NCBI GenBank assembly: GCA_043228905.1
Contig: JBHGNT010000005.1
Coordinates: 4,526,001-4,590,000 of the forward strand
Length of the DNA: 64,000 nucleotides
Direction: 5' to 3'
Source: Azolla caroliniana
Lineage: Eukaryota; Plantae; Polypodiophyta
Position numbers and translations under genes: made by a program. Positions 45,543 through 58,064 of the stretch are shown piece after piece; positions within the stretch are counted from its first letter, which is position 1; the number at the start of each line of letters is the position of its first letter. A model generated the notes under the pieces. That model did not search any database. It saw nothing but the letters and a program-made list of their open reading frames with translations, and was not told where the DNA came from.

Positions 45543-48149
45543 TGAGCACATAATGATTTGTGAATGGGACGAGTGTTAAGATGGTTACATTCATGCATGT
45601 TTCATTAACTTAACCACCATCGGTAAGCAATGTACATTTATCGACAATCTCACTCCGAGGATATTAGGGATCATGTTAATGACGAACAAAAGAATAAGAG
45701 ATTGATGAGAATAATATATCAAGGGTGTTGGCAACGTACACCACCCCCGAGCAAAGGAGACGAGATAAACAATAAGTATAATTGATGTCTCATAACACAG
45801 TATATTACCTTATGTTATGTCTTGTATGTTGAATAATGAATATGAAGAAGAGAGCTTATCCTCACCAATAGAGTCTCGAGGATGTCTCGACATGCCGTGA
45901 TGAAAGGGGCAGCTAGTCCCCTTTCATCATTCTCAGCATCTAAGGCTCCCAAATCAGTACTTGTTCCCATGTATCATAGGTCCATATGGGTTTGTTCTAG
46001 TTCTTAGAATAACAACTTCCATGACTATCCCAATTCCCACCCTTAACCCATTGAAATTAGATATAAATTATACTGGTAAGGTCGTGAGTATAACAAATTA
46101 TTAGTTCTACAACAACCCTAAGAGTTGGAGCACCCTTAACAACCTTGCATTAGCTCGTGTGTTTGCCATCTAATGGAAGGCACGTAACAATCAATAACAC
46201 GTTTGATACAAGTAGAGTGCAATAGAATAACGAAATATCCAAAAGAACGATAATTAGTGGTCTATAATTTTGAGTGTCGGCCCTTCAAATCTAAAACATT
46301 ATTTAGGCCATACGAGAATATGTCAGGAATGAGTATTTATGATGACGGTGGACCAAGCAACGTTTGTAAACAACACACTTCTTGCTTATATGAACTATTG
46401 CATTAACATCAAATAAATTGTTTGGTATAACCTAACCTTAAGTGAGCATGTTATCCACATAGTTGGCAAAGAGAACCCTAAAACTATATTGTTGTTACTC
46501 TCCTTGTCATTTGTGGTTTATAAGCACTTGTTTCATTGTTAAACATTAAGGTTCCATCACCATTAAACTAATTTCAAGTGACACTACTCGTGTTTTCCAT
46601 TGAATGTGTAATTTATTATATGTTTGTTTGTTGTTGTGTTTGAGCTCGTTAATTATAACTAAATAACTTTTTGTATATCCAACTAACCCCAAACAAACAA
46701 AACATCATCATATGCCATCATTCTAAATAGAAGTTGATCAACCATGATCTGAAAGATTCCACTCATAGTTAGGATTCCCAATTGTCATTTCAAATGTCTT
46801 TATTTGGGAACCAGTGATTGGGTACCATTGTTTCATACAATGTGGAACCACTCACAAAAATTAGGATTGCATTTATGAAATTTGACAAAATTTGCCATGT
46901 TATAACTTCATGACAATATAGTGGTATTTGCTCAAATTACTTGAAATGATAGAGCTTCATATTTGGGGGATTACATCATGATTGGATAAGTATATTCCGA
47001 AAACTCAACTCTCGAGTCCTAACCCACTTTTGGGTGCTACAACCATTGTTACGACGCAACAAGAGAGAGAACTAGGAAATGCTTCGAAAATGACCTTATG
47101 TCCTTGATGTATAAGGGGACAAAAGGCCCATTACTTAAAATGTAAATAAGTATAAATGCCAAATGATTAGTTTTTACTTATTCTTCTCCACTTTACACTC
47201 TCTAAAGATATATCTTTCTTATCCTATCGTATCTAATTGCCTCCATTTTCATTAATCAATAGTTGAAGACATATGCATGTACATTAAGTGCTTATGTTTG
47301 AAACAATTGTTAGTATATATATGTGATGTTGCCTCATTCTAGTTTCTCAAATCATCTGCAGTTAATTGTTGATTAAGTAACATTCTCAAGTTAAGTGTTG
47401 TATAAGTCTTATATATTAAATGAGAGAGTGAGAGACCGGTTGTAAAAAAATATATTGCAGAAGTGAACTAATCACATTTTTGGAAGCACTCAAAGATGTT
47501 GGACACCCACATTTGCCCATGTTGCCTACAATGGTGTAGATACCTAACAGGATTTTTAGATAAGATGGTAACCATCACATAAATATAATAAGAGAATGAT
47601 TATCAAAACTTCATTACTGACTCTAGACTTGGGTCAAGTCAGGGTTACTTATCCTACCATATCGATGAACCCTTGGTGGATTGTCCTAAGTTAGCTTGGC
47701 CATATGCACCAACCATTTTACCTCAACAACCCACACTCCTCAAATATGAACACATTTAACAAAACTAAATCTTGATAACATGGTTGGGATTCAAGCCTTG
47801 GGGAGGGTTACTAACCCTACCAAGACAAATAACAAAGTGATTATGACCAACTATGGACACTACCAATACAGAAAAACAACCACCCCCCATGGATCATTTA
47901 CTACAACCAAACAACACTAAGTGGCATCAACAAGGAGAGTCATTGACTATCCATTAAGAAGCTCCTAAGTCTATCATGCATTGATACGATGCTCTAACTT
48001 TGAAAGTGCTTTTACAAATGTTATCATGCTACTATGCACAATATGAGCTTATCTTGGCACTTATTTTTTGTTAATGGGGTAATACATATCCAACTAGCAA
48101 TAAACTATTGCTCATTAACCACCACAAACAAAGCTTGATGCAAGTAGAT

Positions 48150-48384
48150 AAGTGTTATTTATTGTTATTATTGCGTTTTAACAGATGAATGCATTCTCCC
48201 GGAACAAAACACTGATGAACGTTTATGAGAGTCACAGTTGCATCGACAACCTGACAACCTTACCAGATGCAAGTGTTATTTCTTGTTATTATTACGTTTT
48301 AACGGATGAATGCATTCTCCCGGAACAAAATACTGATGAACGTTTCTACCGATGAACAAAATATTGATGAACCTTACCAGATGC
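48150..48384. repeat. 75-bp direct repeat plus a partial third copy upstream of NOP58
   Basis: 48150-48224 and 48271-48345 are nearly identical (AAGTGTTATTT...GATGAATGCATTCTCCCGGAACAAAA.ACTGATGAACGTTT). Partial copy at 48351-48384. Confidence 0.9.
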
Positions 48385-48485
48385 ATGAGCGTAAGAAGCT
48401 AACAAGCTAATTTTGTTTGTTAACTCCCTATTGTCATAAGCTGCTTTACTCGTGTCCTCTATACAGTATTGGTTAGAGGAAGTAT

Positions 48486-48597
48486 GAGGGTAGTTTTGAC
48501 ATTTCCTTTAAAAATGGGGGGCGAGAGAGAAGGGTAGTTTTGCAATTTCCATATAGTAGTTTATATAATGTCTAGGGTTTAAGGGGGGAAACCCTAA
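48486..48597 (+). promoter_or_regulatory. NOP58 promoter: two tef-box-like motifs, TATA-like element and telo-boxes
   Basis: GAGGGTAGTTTTGA (48486), AAGGGTAGTTTTGC (48530), TTTATATAA (about 48560), TAGGGTTT (48573-48580) and AAACCCTAA (48589-48597). Telo plus tef boxes are established for plant translation and ribosome-biogenesis genes. Confidence 0.65.
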
Positions 48598-48700
48598 CCT
48601 TCATCTTTCTGCGTGGAAACAGGGGAGGCCAAATTCTGAAGAAGAACGACAGAAAGAAAGTATCGAGGAAGAGGAAGAAGTAGAAGGAGAAAGCAGAACC

Positions 48701-51700
48701 ATGTTAGTTCTTTTCGAGACCCCTGCTGGATTCGCCCTCTTCAAGCTTCTCGATGAAGGAAAGCTCGAGAAGGTCGAGGTAAACTGAAAACTCTGCACTA
48801 TTCTTTTCATTTCGTGTTAGGGGTTCTTCCCTAATCCTAGCTTGGTTCATTAGGCTCTCTTTGGTGGTTTGTTTAGGAACTTAGTTTTTGGGTTTTTTCT
48901 TGTTTTTTTTTTTCCTCAGGAGGTTCGTTTTGGGGTGTCTTACCTTCTGTTTTAATTAAAATCCATAATTCCTTGTTGTCCACTGGAATTGATTTGGTTT
49001 TCTTCAGAATTTGTCTGTATTCCTTTGATTTCTGTCTTTCTTTCTTCAAGTAATGTATGAGTTTCTTTGAATTTGTCCGACAATGTGTTTGTGTAGCTTC
49101 ACTTGGTATGGTTTTTCATGCTTGAAAGATATGCTCCTCTGTTTGAAATAAATATATGGATTTTACTGGTTATTATGCATCAATTAAGTCCTAACTATCT
49201 TTGCGTCAGGAGTTTTTATTCTGTATTGTGCTGGAAATTGTCGTTTGTTTCGTTTAGATTTTGTCTAGCATGGTTAGCTTTACCTTGTTTATTTTATGGT
49301 TAAGGGAAAGCTGTTGTCTGAGTGAATAGTTTGATTACACTGAAGACGTTTAAGGAGGCATATAGAGGAAAGAAAAAATGTTTCTTTTTTGTGTATATAT
49401 CTATATTTTTGTTACCTTTAACTACGTTTAAGAATCTTAGGAAGTTTAAGAAGGGAATGTAATTTTTTATTTATCCATCATTGTGTATGCTGATTTGGAC
49501 CTAAGCTTCTTAGTTTAACCCTTTGTACTAATTTCTTTTTGTTTTAAGGCAAGGTTATTTACACTTCCAAAGCATATGAAAGAAAATTGAAGTCTTTCTT
49601 GCATTTATATCTTGCTAATTCTATATTAATTGGAAGGTTCCTGTTTTTTCTATTTGAACTTATAAGTGTCTTCTTGTATTTTTAATGTACTACAGCTATT
49701 TTTGTAATTATATTCATAGTAAGTTGAACTGTTGTGCTTATATATATCTTTCTATTTTCCTTGATACATGCATAATGCAAATATTTCCATGTTGTATTTG
49801 TAGGATTTATGGAAAGAGTTTGAGACTGGAGAGAATGCACGCAAGGTAAAAGTTTACAGACTTAAAAATATTTTTTTAATACACAGAAATTGCTTGAAAT
49901 CTAATATTCATTTTCATGGATTCAAAATTTCAACAACCTTCTTACATCTAATTTTTTTGACAGATAGTGAAACTAAAAGCTTTTAGCAAGTTTGAGAACA
50001 CTGCAGAAGCCCTTGGAGCAACAACACAGTTAGTAGAAAGCAAACCAAGTAAAAGCCTTCGTAAATTTTTGAAAGCTGAATGCCAAGGAGAGATTTTAGC
50101 TGTTGCTGATTCAAAGCTTGGAAACTCTATCAAAGAGAAATTGGTACTGTTATATAATAACTAATATTTCTCTCTGAATGTGAAAATATTGATAGTAATT
50201 TACTAGCAAACAATTATTGTCTTAATGTACAATTACTAGAATTTATTTATCTCAATGTGGAAGCAATTGCATTTGTGGCAAAAGAAGGCTGAGGATAGGA
50301 GTTGAGACCCTAAACTATGTCTGTGCACATCATCCTCGCAGTTTCAAATATATTCATATTTAATTGTACTTGAAAGTACGAACCTTGAGTTGTTTTTTCA
50401 TTTTTCTGACTTTGATGTTGAATCGTGTACCAGCAAATAGATTGTATTCACAACAATGCAGTTATGGAGGTGATGAGAGGGTTACGCTCACAATTGAGTG
50501 AGCTCATCACAGGTCTTGCTGGACAAGAACTCGGTCCCATGAGTTTAGGACTCTCGCATAGCTTGTCGAGATACAAATTGAAGTTCAGCCCTGATAAGGT
50601 AATAACCTTTTATGGATTTTAAACAATTAGCAATTCTGTGTTTGTTCTGTTGGATCAATGTAGTATTTGGATTTGAACGTTTATCACAGTTCTTCCCGTT
50701 TTTTAAAGTTCTAGTTTGATATTCGATTACACCATTCATGCTCTTTAAGTAACGAATAATATGATTTTAATTTGTATTTGGAATCTGAATGCTCTTTGTT
50801 ATTTCTATTTCATAGGTTGATACTATGATAATTCAAGCTATTGGGTTGCTAGATGATCTGGATAAAGAGCTGAATACATATGCAATGAGGGTGAGGGAAT
50901 GGTATGGATGGCACTTCCCAGAGCTTGCTAAGATTGTTCAAGACAATATTCTGTATGCAAAATCAGTGAAAGCAATGGGGCACCGAACTAATGCAGTTCA
51001 ACTCGATTTTTCGGGAGTAAGTATTATATGTTAAATTAAATGTTCATGTGATTTCTTAAGATTATACAAGTAATGTGTTTTTTTACATTTATGGGTGATT
51101 TCATGTTGTATGCAGATAATAGCTGAAGAGGTGGAAGCAGAGCTTAAAGAAGCAGCAATTATTTCCATGGGAACTGAGATTAGTGATCATGACATGTTGA
51201 ATATCAAGGCTCTTTGTGATCAAGTGATTTCTCTCTCCGAGTATAGAGCTCAGTTGTCAGAATATTTACGCTCCCGAATGAATGCCATTGCCCCTAATTT
51301 GACTGTTCTTGTTGGAGAACTAGTGGGAGCCAGGCTTATAGCTCATGCAGGTAGTCTTGTAAACCTTGCAAAGCAACCTGGAAGCACAGTTCAAATCCTT
51401 GGAGCAGAAAAGGTTATTTCGAATGTGTTGTCATTCTATAAGGCTATTGATTTATACGACGTGATTGCATGTGCTTCATTTGGTCTTTAATAAAATTCCT
51501 TGTCCCCCCCCCGCTTTTGATAGGCACTTTTTAGGGCATTAAAGACAAAACATGCCACGCCAAAGTATGGGCTTATATTCAATGCATCTCTAGTTGGACA
51601 AGCAGCACCGAAGCTGAAGGGTAAAATATCTCGTTCTTTGGCAGCAAAATCGGCTATTTCTGTTCGTTATGATGCATTAGGTGATTCTCCGGATGCATCC

Positions 51701-53003
51701 ATTGGGTTTGAGTGTCGAGCTAAGGTAAACATTATACTCTCTTTCTCACTTGTGTTCTTCCAAATCTATTGTTCTATTGGAATCTTGAATAATGCTGTGC
51801 ATTAACTTATTAAAAATCCAGTTTCCTATTGATTCATCTGTTTTTGAAATCTGTTAAGATTATCAACTCTTTTTGTCTTAATCTACCAGCTGGAGAATAG
51901 ACTAAGGCAACTAGAAGGTCGTGCCTTGGCCAAGCTTAGTGGGTCTGCCAAGGGGAAGGGGAAGATAGAACCATATGATTCAAATAGAAAGCAAGGAACT
52001 CCAGGTCTCGTCACAGCTGCTAAGGTACTTATTTCTGAAAAACAACCAGAGTAAACCTGAAGTTTCTGAAGTTGGTCTGTAACTCAAAGTTTACTATTAC
52101 GTAAGAATATTTTGATGTTTTACCCTAGTTAGTGCTTCACGTTTTTTTGAGTATAGAAGGTACAAGTGAGCTAAAATTCATCATCTAATGTTTTGACATA
52201 TTTTTGGTTTTTCTTCTATAGGAATACAACCCTGCAGCAGATGTAGTGGGTTTAACCACACCAAAATCTGACAAGAAGAAGAAACGAGAGATTGAGCAAG
52301 CTGTGACTCCGACGACAGAGACGAAGGTAGATAAAGAGGCCACAGGGGAAGAGAAAAGTAAGAAAAAGAAAAAGCATAAAGATGGTGAAGCCAAAGTAGA
52401 AACTGAAGCTGAGGCTGATATTGTTGTGAAAGAGTCATCGAAGAAGAAAAAGCATAAAGAACAAGCTGAACCTGAACCAGAAGCTGATGTGGCTAAAGAG
52501 TCTTCGAAGAAGAAGAAGAAAGCAAAACAAGCCGATGACATCGAAGAACCTATTGCATCAGGTGACAGTACTGGAAAGAAGAAGAAGAAAGATAAAATAG
52601 AAATGGTAAGTTAAAAGATTGTTTATACAGGTTTTTCCCATGTTTTTTTGCTGTCTAGTGAAATGCATGTCTTGCATTTTTTAATGCCTATTCTTTAAAA
52701 TGTTATTTGCTGAATAATGAAATATATATATATATATATATTTGTTTCTGGATTTAGTATTTGTTACCTAATGGGTGTTATATATATTCTAGCTATTACC
52801 GTTTTTTAATATGTTTCTTATCTTGAAATGATTGTAACATGTCTCTAACATTTGAATTGTGTTTATTTGGGTTTAAGGCTGATGTTGCGGTGTCTGAGAA
52901 GAAAAGCAAGAAAAGGAAGCTTGATTCTGAGGAACCACCTGCTGAGTCTCCAGGGGCTTCTGAGAAGAAGAAGAAAAAGAAGAAAAAGGAGATGGATGAC
53001 TAA
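48701..53003 (+). CDS. NOP58: Nucleolar protein 58 (NOP5/NOP58), box C/D snoRNP core protein; 10 exons
   Basis: Exons 48701-48778, 49804-49845, 49964-50143, 50434-50598, 50816-51016, 51116-51412, 51524-51724, 51890-52024, 52222-52605, 52878-53003. Motifs: [96 protein letters not shown]; K/E-rich tail. Confidence 0.96.
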
Positions 53004-53583
53004 GATTTTTAACTTCATCGGATTGAAAGAGGGATTTTTGTTTTTCAATGGAGAGCTTGAAAACATGATCTTTCGATATCCGTATTTGTCGGCGTGCTTG
53101 CGATTGTGCTGTGGATTCCATGGAATATTCTCAACTAATTCAAAGTTATAATTTCTATTTCAACAACCACCTTTATGGACATGTCGATATCGTTTGATCT
53201 TTTCACTCTCAAATTCCTTAAGAGGATTGTGATTTTGGTGTTTGAAAAACAATCCCATGAAGGATGAGTACTTAAAAAGAGTCATATGGAGCTTTTGCCA
53301 ATGTGGAAAGTTCTATAATTATCACTTTGCTATTGGTTTGTATTAAATCTCAGAGACTAAAAGCTGCCATCCCTTTTTTCATGATTATAAGGAGGTTTTC
53401 TAAGCATTCTTTGTTAAATACATCTGTTCTTCACTCATCTTTTCATCTTCTCAACCCATTTTTATCATTGAATAAACCTCTCCCCGGTTTTTCTGCATTG
53501 TATTATGTGAATATTTGTTGCCTTTGATTTCCTATATTTTACATTTATGTGGCATGTGATAAGGGTGACATGGTTCCCTTTAG

Positions 53584-54416
53584 GCTACCCATGTCTTATG
53601 TCTTGGTGGTGGGTGATAGCTCTTTATGTACCTAAAGCTTGCTTGTGAGCTTGAGCCCAAAATGGATAGTATCTTGTTACGTAAGTTATATTGTCTGCGC
53701 TGCAGTAATGTGCTTGATATTCTACTTGATGACCTAATAAGGATGTTGCTCAATGCTACCCATGTCTTATGTCTTGGTGGTGGGCGATAGCTCTTTATGT
53801 ACCAAAAGATTGCTTGTGAGCTTGAGCCCAAAATGGATAGTATCTTGTTACGTAAGTTATATTGTCTGCGCTGCAGTAATGTACTTGGTATTCTACTTGA
53901 TGACCTAATAAGGATGTTGCTACCCATGTCTTATGTCTTGGTGGTGGGTGAGAAAGCTCTTTATGTACCTAAAGCTTGCTTGTGAGCTTGAGCCCAAAAT
54001 GGATAGTATCTTGTTACGTAAGTTATATTGTCTGCGCTGTAGTAATGTACTTGGTATTCTACTTGATGACCTAATAAGGATGTTGCTACCCATGTCTTAT
54101 GTCTTGGTGGTGGGTGAGAAAGCTCTTTATGTACCTAAAGCTTGCTTGTGAGCTTGAGCCCAAAATGGATAGTATCTTGTTACGTAAGTTATATTGTCTG
54201 CGCTGCAGTAATGTACTTGGTATTCTACTTGATGACCTAATAAGGATGTTGCTACCCATGTCTTATGTCTTGGTGGTGGGTGAGAAAGCTCTTTATGTAC
54301 CTAAAGCTTGCTTGTGAGCTTGAGCCCAAAATGGATAGTATCTTGTTACGTAAGTTATATTGTCTGCGCTGCAGTAATGTACTTGGTATTCTACTTGATG
54401 ACCTAATAAGGATGTT
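53584..54416. repeat. Tandem array of five ~166-bp units
   Basis: Units start with GCTACCCATGTC at 53584, 53755, 53919, 54085 and 54251 (spacings 171, 164, 166, 166) and are nearly identical. Confidence 0.97.
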
Positions 54417-55501
54417 GAACCTTGATTGGGGCATTATCTTACCAATTTCTCTAATACACACAAAAATGAATGTGGCCAAGATCATTACATGGCCTCTTTT
54501 GAGCCTTGCACTAAATGATCTGATGCCAAATCTTCTACAATGGGGATAGTGTCTAAGTAGTACCTCCTCTAGATCACTTTTGGATGATAAACGAATGAAA
54601 CAAGACCAATGCTAATTGTCCCAAGAAATCAATGTGTTTTTAAGTGAACAAACTTTGATGCAAAAAATTTGAATGTGAATATCAAGCCCAATTGCCATTG
54701 GTAGAAATCTTTATACTTATTACTGTTTGCACCTTGCATTTTTTTCGGTTGTGACTAATAAATTGTTTCCATTGTTGTCACCGTGCATGTTTCTTCTCAA
54801 TACTTCCTTCCACATTCCGTCAACGTGGGCTCGATACTTCTTTGTGGGACTATTTGAGATTGGACCAACTACTACTACTTTTGGGACTCTATTAATGGAT
54901 TGAATGCCAATGCCATGTCATAAGCAACCAAGCCTGGACACTTCTTCTTGAGGCTAAAGCCATTTTCTTGAATCGACACAATGGCCTTGCTATCCTTAGA
55001 CCAAACTTTTTTGGCATGCCTTTCGAACATGCTCTGAGTGCTTACTACACACGCCTTGTTTGGAAGGATGTAACACCGATGGATTTTCGGTATGTCCATT
55101 CCAAAGCTGTCATCGGGCATGTGAACACGGCTATGGTCACTTCGCCGATCCACATTACGATAACTTCACCAACGTGTGAACTCGGCTTTGGTCATCACAT
55201 GCGAACGTGATAGCGATTGGAATGGACCAAGAGGAGACAATATAAAGTATGGACACACCACCATGAAAGAGCTCATAGTGTGTGTGAAAGGGACCTTACA
55301 GATAGATTCAAACACAAGATCAGAGTTGTAGGTTCTATCTATATATCTCCATTCTATCTTCTTCTTCTTCTCAGACATGATGAAGCTGAATCATGAAGGA
55401 AGCAGCTCTCTCTGAGATGCCATAGCTCCCTGGAACAAAAAGAAAGAAAAGAAAAGAAAAGAAAAGAAAAGAAAACCCCTGAGAGTTTGTTCATAAGAGT
55501 G

Positions 55502-58064
55502 ATGGCTAGTATGGCCCTCAGTCCTTCCCCTTTGATCCTTTCTTCGTCCTTCCTCTCTTTCAGGTGGCCTTCTTCGCTCCGCTTGGTGCCACATCAGCAT
55601 CGCTGCTTGGGTCCGCCTCGGATTCCTTCTCTGATCCGTGCTGCTGATCTGGATCCGGATACGGTAAAGAATCCTTTCCCGAACCTGCCCCCCAATGAAA
55701 TGGTCTGGAAACTGTCTCCTCGAAGAATCTGGAAAAATCTTCTGGAATCTTCCAGATTCCCTTCCAGATTCCTGTTGGAAAAGATGTTCCGGAATCCAGT
55801 ATAAAATCTCTCGTAGAATATCTTAAAAAAATTCTTATCAAATTGTGGATTCATCTTTTCGTAGGATATTTGCATTTTGAGTACTTCCAAAAGTAGCTCC
55901 ATTCATGCATTGATTACATTAAAAAGAATCAGAATACTCTTTGAGCACCTTCAAAAAACCCTAATGTTGCATTTGTTATTACATTTCAACAAGCTCTAAT
56001 CTTTAAAGAAAACCTGAATATGTGATCCAGAAATTAAAAATGTCCTTAATTTTTATGCCGGACAGCTCTAATTTTCTCGGCATTGATAGAAAAAGTTTGG
56101 GGAAGTCAATCCTGCCCCAGTCATTTTGCATATTTGCTAGAAATGCCCATTCTTTTTTTTTTAAGTAACTAACAGAATACATCATTGTAGTGGAATGGCT
56201 GGACTGCCGAGAGGCATTCTATGAGAGTATTTGGACTTCATTCTGAGAATATTCAACAAGCTAGGGTTATTTTGTTCGATTTTTTCCTAATTTCTGATCG
56301 TTTTTCTTGATGGTGTGCAGATTGTAGCTATTGCTGTTGGAGTAGCAGGTATTGGTGTGGGTGTTGGGATTCCTGTCTTTTATGAGACGCAGATGAAAAG
56401 CGCGGTAAGTGTCGAGAAAATCCTAAACCCTAAAATTTCGTGTACTTATTTACACAGATAAATATTGAGCCCTAAATCAAGATAACAACCAAAACTGACA
56501 TTATTGGTATAATGATTGAACCATAGAACACCAATATCAAAATTGAACACCACATATCTGGTATCAAAATCAAAGCCTAAATCCATATATGAAATGGTAT
56601 TCCAAAGTTTTTCGAAGTGCCTTTATTTTTGTTGCCTGAGCTTGAGTGCGATTCTTACTTGTGCCTTTGGCCACCCTCGGTTTTCTTCATTACAGGCTGC
56701 TCGTGAAAACGATCAACCTTGTTTTCCCTGTTCCGGCAGCGGGGCTCGTATGTGAATATACCCACTTCTTCAGTAATAATTCTATGTGCATATAGATACA
56801 CACGCACACACATATTGTGTATGTATATCCAACGAATATACAAGTATATGTATACAAAGTCTTTTTTCCAGAAATGCATTATATCACTGGCAGGAAACCT
56901 TGAAATGAGGTGAAAACCTAGAACAAATATTTACATCCAGTCAACTCAGATTAGAAACATCGGAAATTCCCACTAATGTCATGAGAGACACGATAAGAAT
57001 TGCTGGAGGAAAAACTCTAATAACCTATATAGATCAGAAGTTGATTGTCCAAAACTTGTGTCAATACAAACAGTCAATAGTGTCCACAGAGCCCAATATT
57101 GAACCTACACAAAAAAGATGGGAAAGGGCCGAAGGTCTCGTGATAGACTTAGGCATAGACATTGGCACATATGTACATACACACCTAGATAACATATGCA
57201 TATATTTTATACGTACATACATGCCTACATTCGTTCTTACTGACCTTTGTACATGCGTACATGCGTACATGCATATATATAATGATAACTACACACATAC
57301 TTACACATGTGCATACATACATATGTACATACACACATAAATGCGTAGATAGTTCTCTGCATATTTACAAATGTAGATACATATAAACATACATGCATAA
57401 ATATATATGTATGCAGATAGATATGCTCAGATTACATTTCTTGTACATATATGTACGTGTACTTATATATATTCTATCACCTATGGGTTTACTTGACGTT
57501 GTTTTGGGTTTGTGCAGAGACGTGTAGGTTTTGCCTTGGAACGGGGTCCATAACAATCGAACTTGATCAGAACGAGAAAGAAGTCTCAAGATGTGTCAAT
57601 TGTGAGGGCGCTGGATCGATTACTTGCACAACTTGTCAAGGATCAGGAGTTCAACCTAGATACCTGGATCGCAGGCAAGTTTTGTTTTATGGCTATGCTT
57701 TTGTTTTATGTATTGAACCAAATATGTTTTTAGTATTTCTTCTATGCTGAATGAAGCTGTGATGAATCAAAGAGTTTTTAAGTATTTTTGATTTTTAAAC
57801 GACCACATTACAAAAGCAAAGTTCCAATTTAGGGTTTAGAGATCATGATGTAAATTTGAACAGCAAGGAAAATTATACCAATCCATATTTTTTGCGATAT
57901 GCCATCTTAAGAAAAAAGAAAGCCATGTTATTTCTAGGATTTTGAGATGCAAAAAGACTATATTAGAGAAATTCACCATTGTTTACATGCAAAAAGACTA
58001 TATTAAGTTGTCTCACGCAGTTTTCCTTTTATTTATGAACAGGGAATTTAAAGATGATGATTAA
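55502..58064 (+). CDS. LQY1: Thylakoid DnaJ-type zinc-finger protein disulfide isomerase LQY1; 5 exons
   Basis: Exons 55502-55663, 56321-56404, 56696-56747, 57518-57674, 58043-58064. Transit peptide, TM segment IVAIAVGVAGIGVGVGIPVFYETQ, four CxxCxGxG repeats, C-terminus QPRYLDRREFKDDD. The last intron uses a GC donor. Confidence 0.92.

Noticed and set aside
48779-52877. Intronic box C/D snoRNAs in NOP58, as in vertebrates
   Set aside because: No RTGATGA...CTGA pair with a terminal stem and plausible length was found by eye. A covariance search could still overturn this.
53584-54416. CRISPR-like array or repeated small gene (72-aa ORFs)
   Set aside because: Units are contiguous and near-identical with no unique spacers and no cas genes. 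The 166-bp period is not a multiple of 3, so the ORFs are by-products of the repeat.
54875-55210. Overlapping 80-92-aa ORFs in a more GC-rich patch upstream of LQY1
   Set aside because: No recognisable domain or splice structure. Possibly TE-derived, but not supportable.
55376-55397. ATGATGA...CTGA with flanking CATGA/TCATG
   Set aside because: The boxes are only 2 nt apart, too short for a snoRNA.
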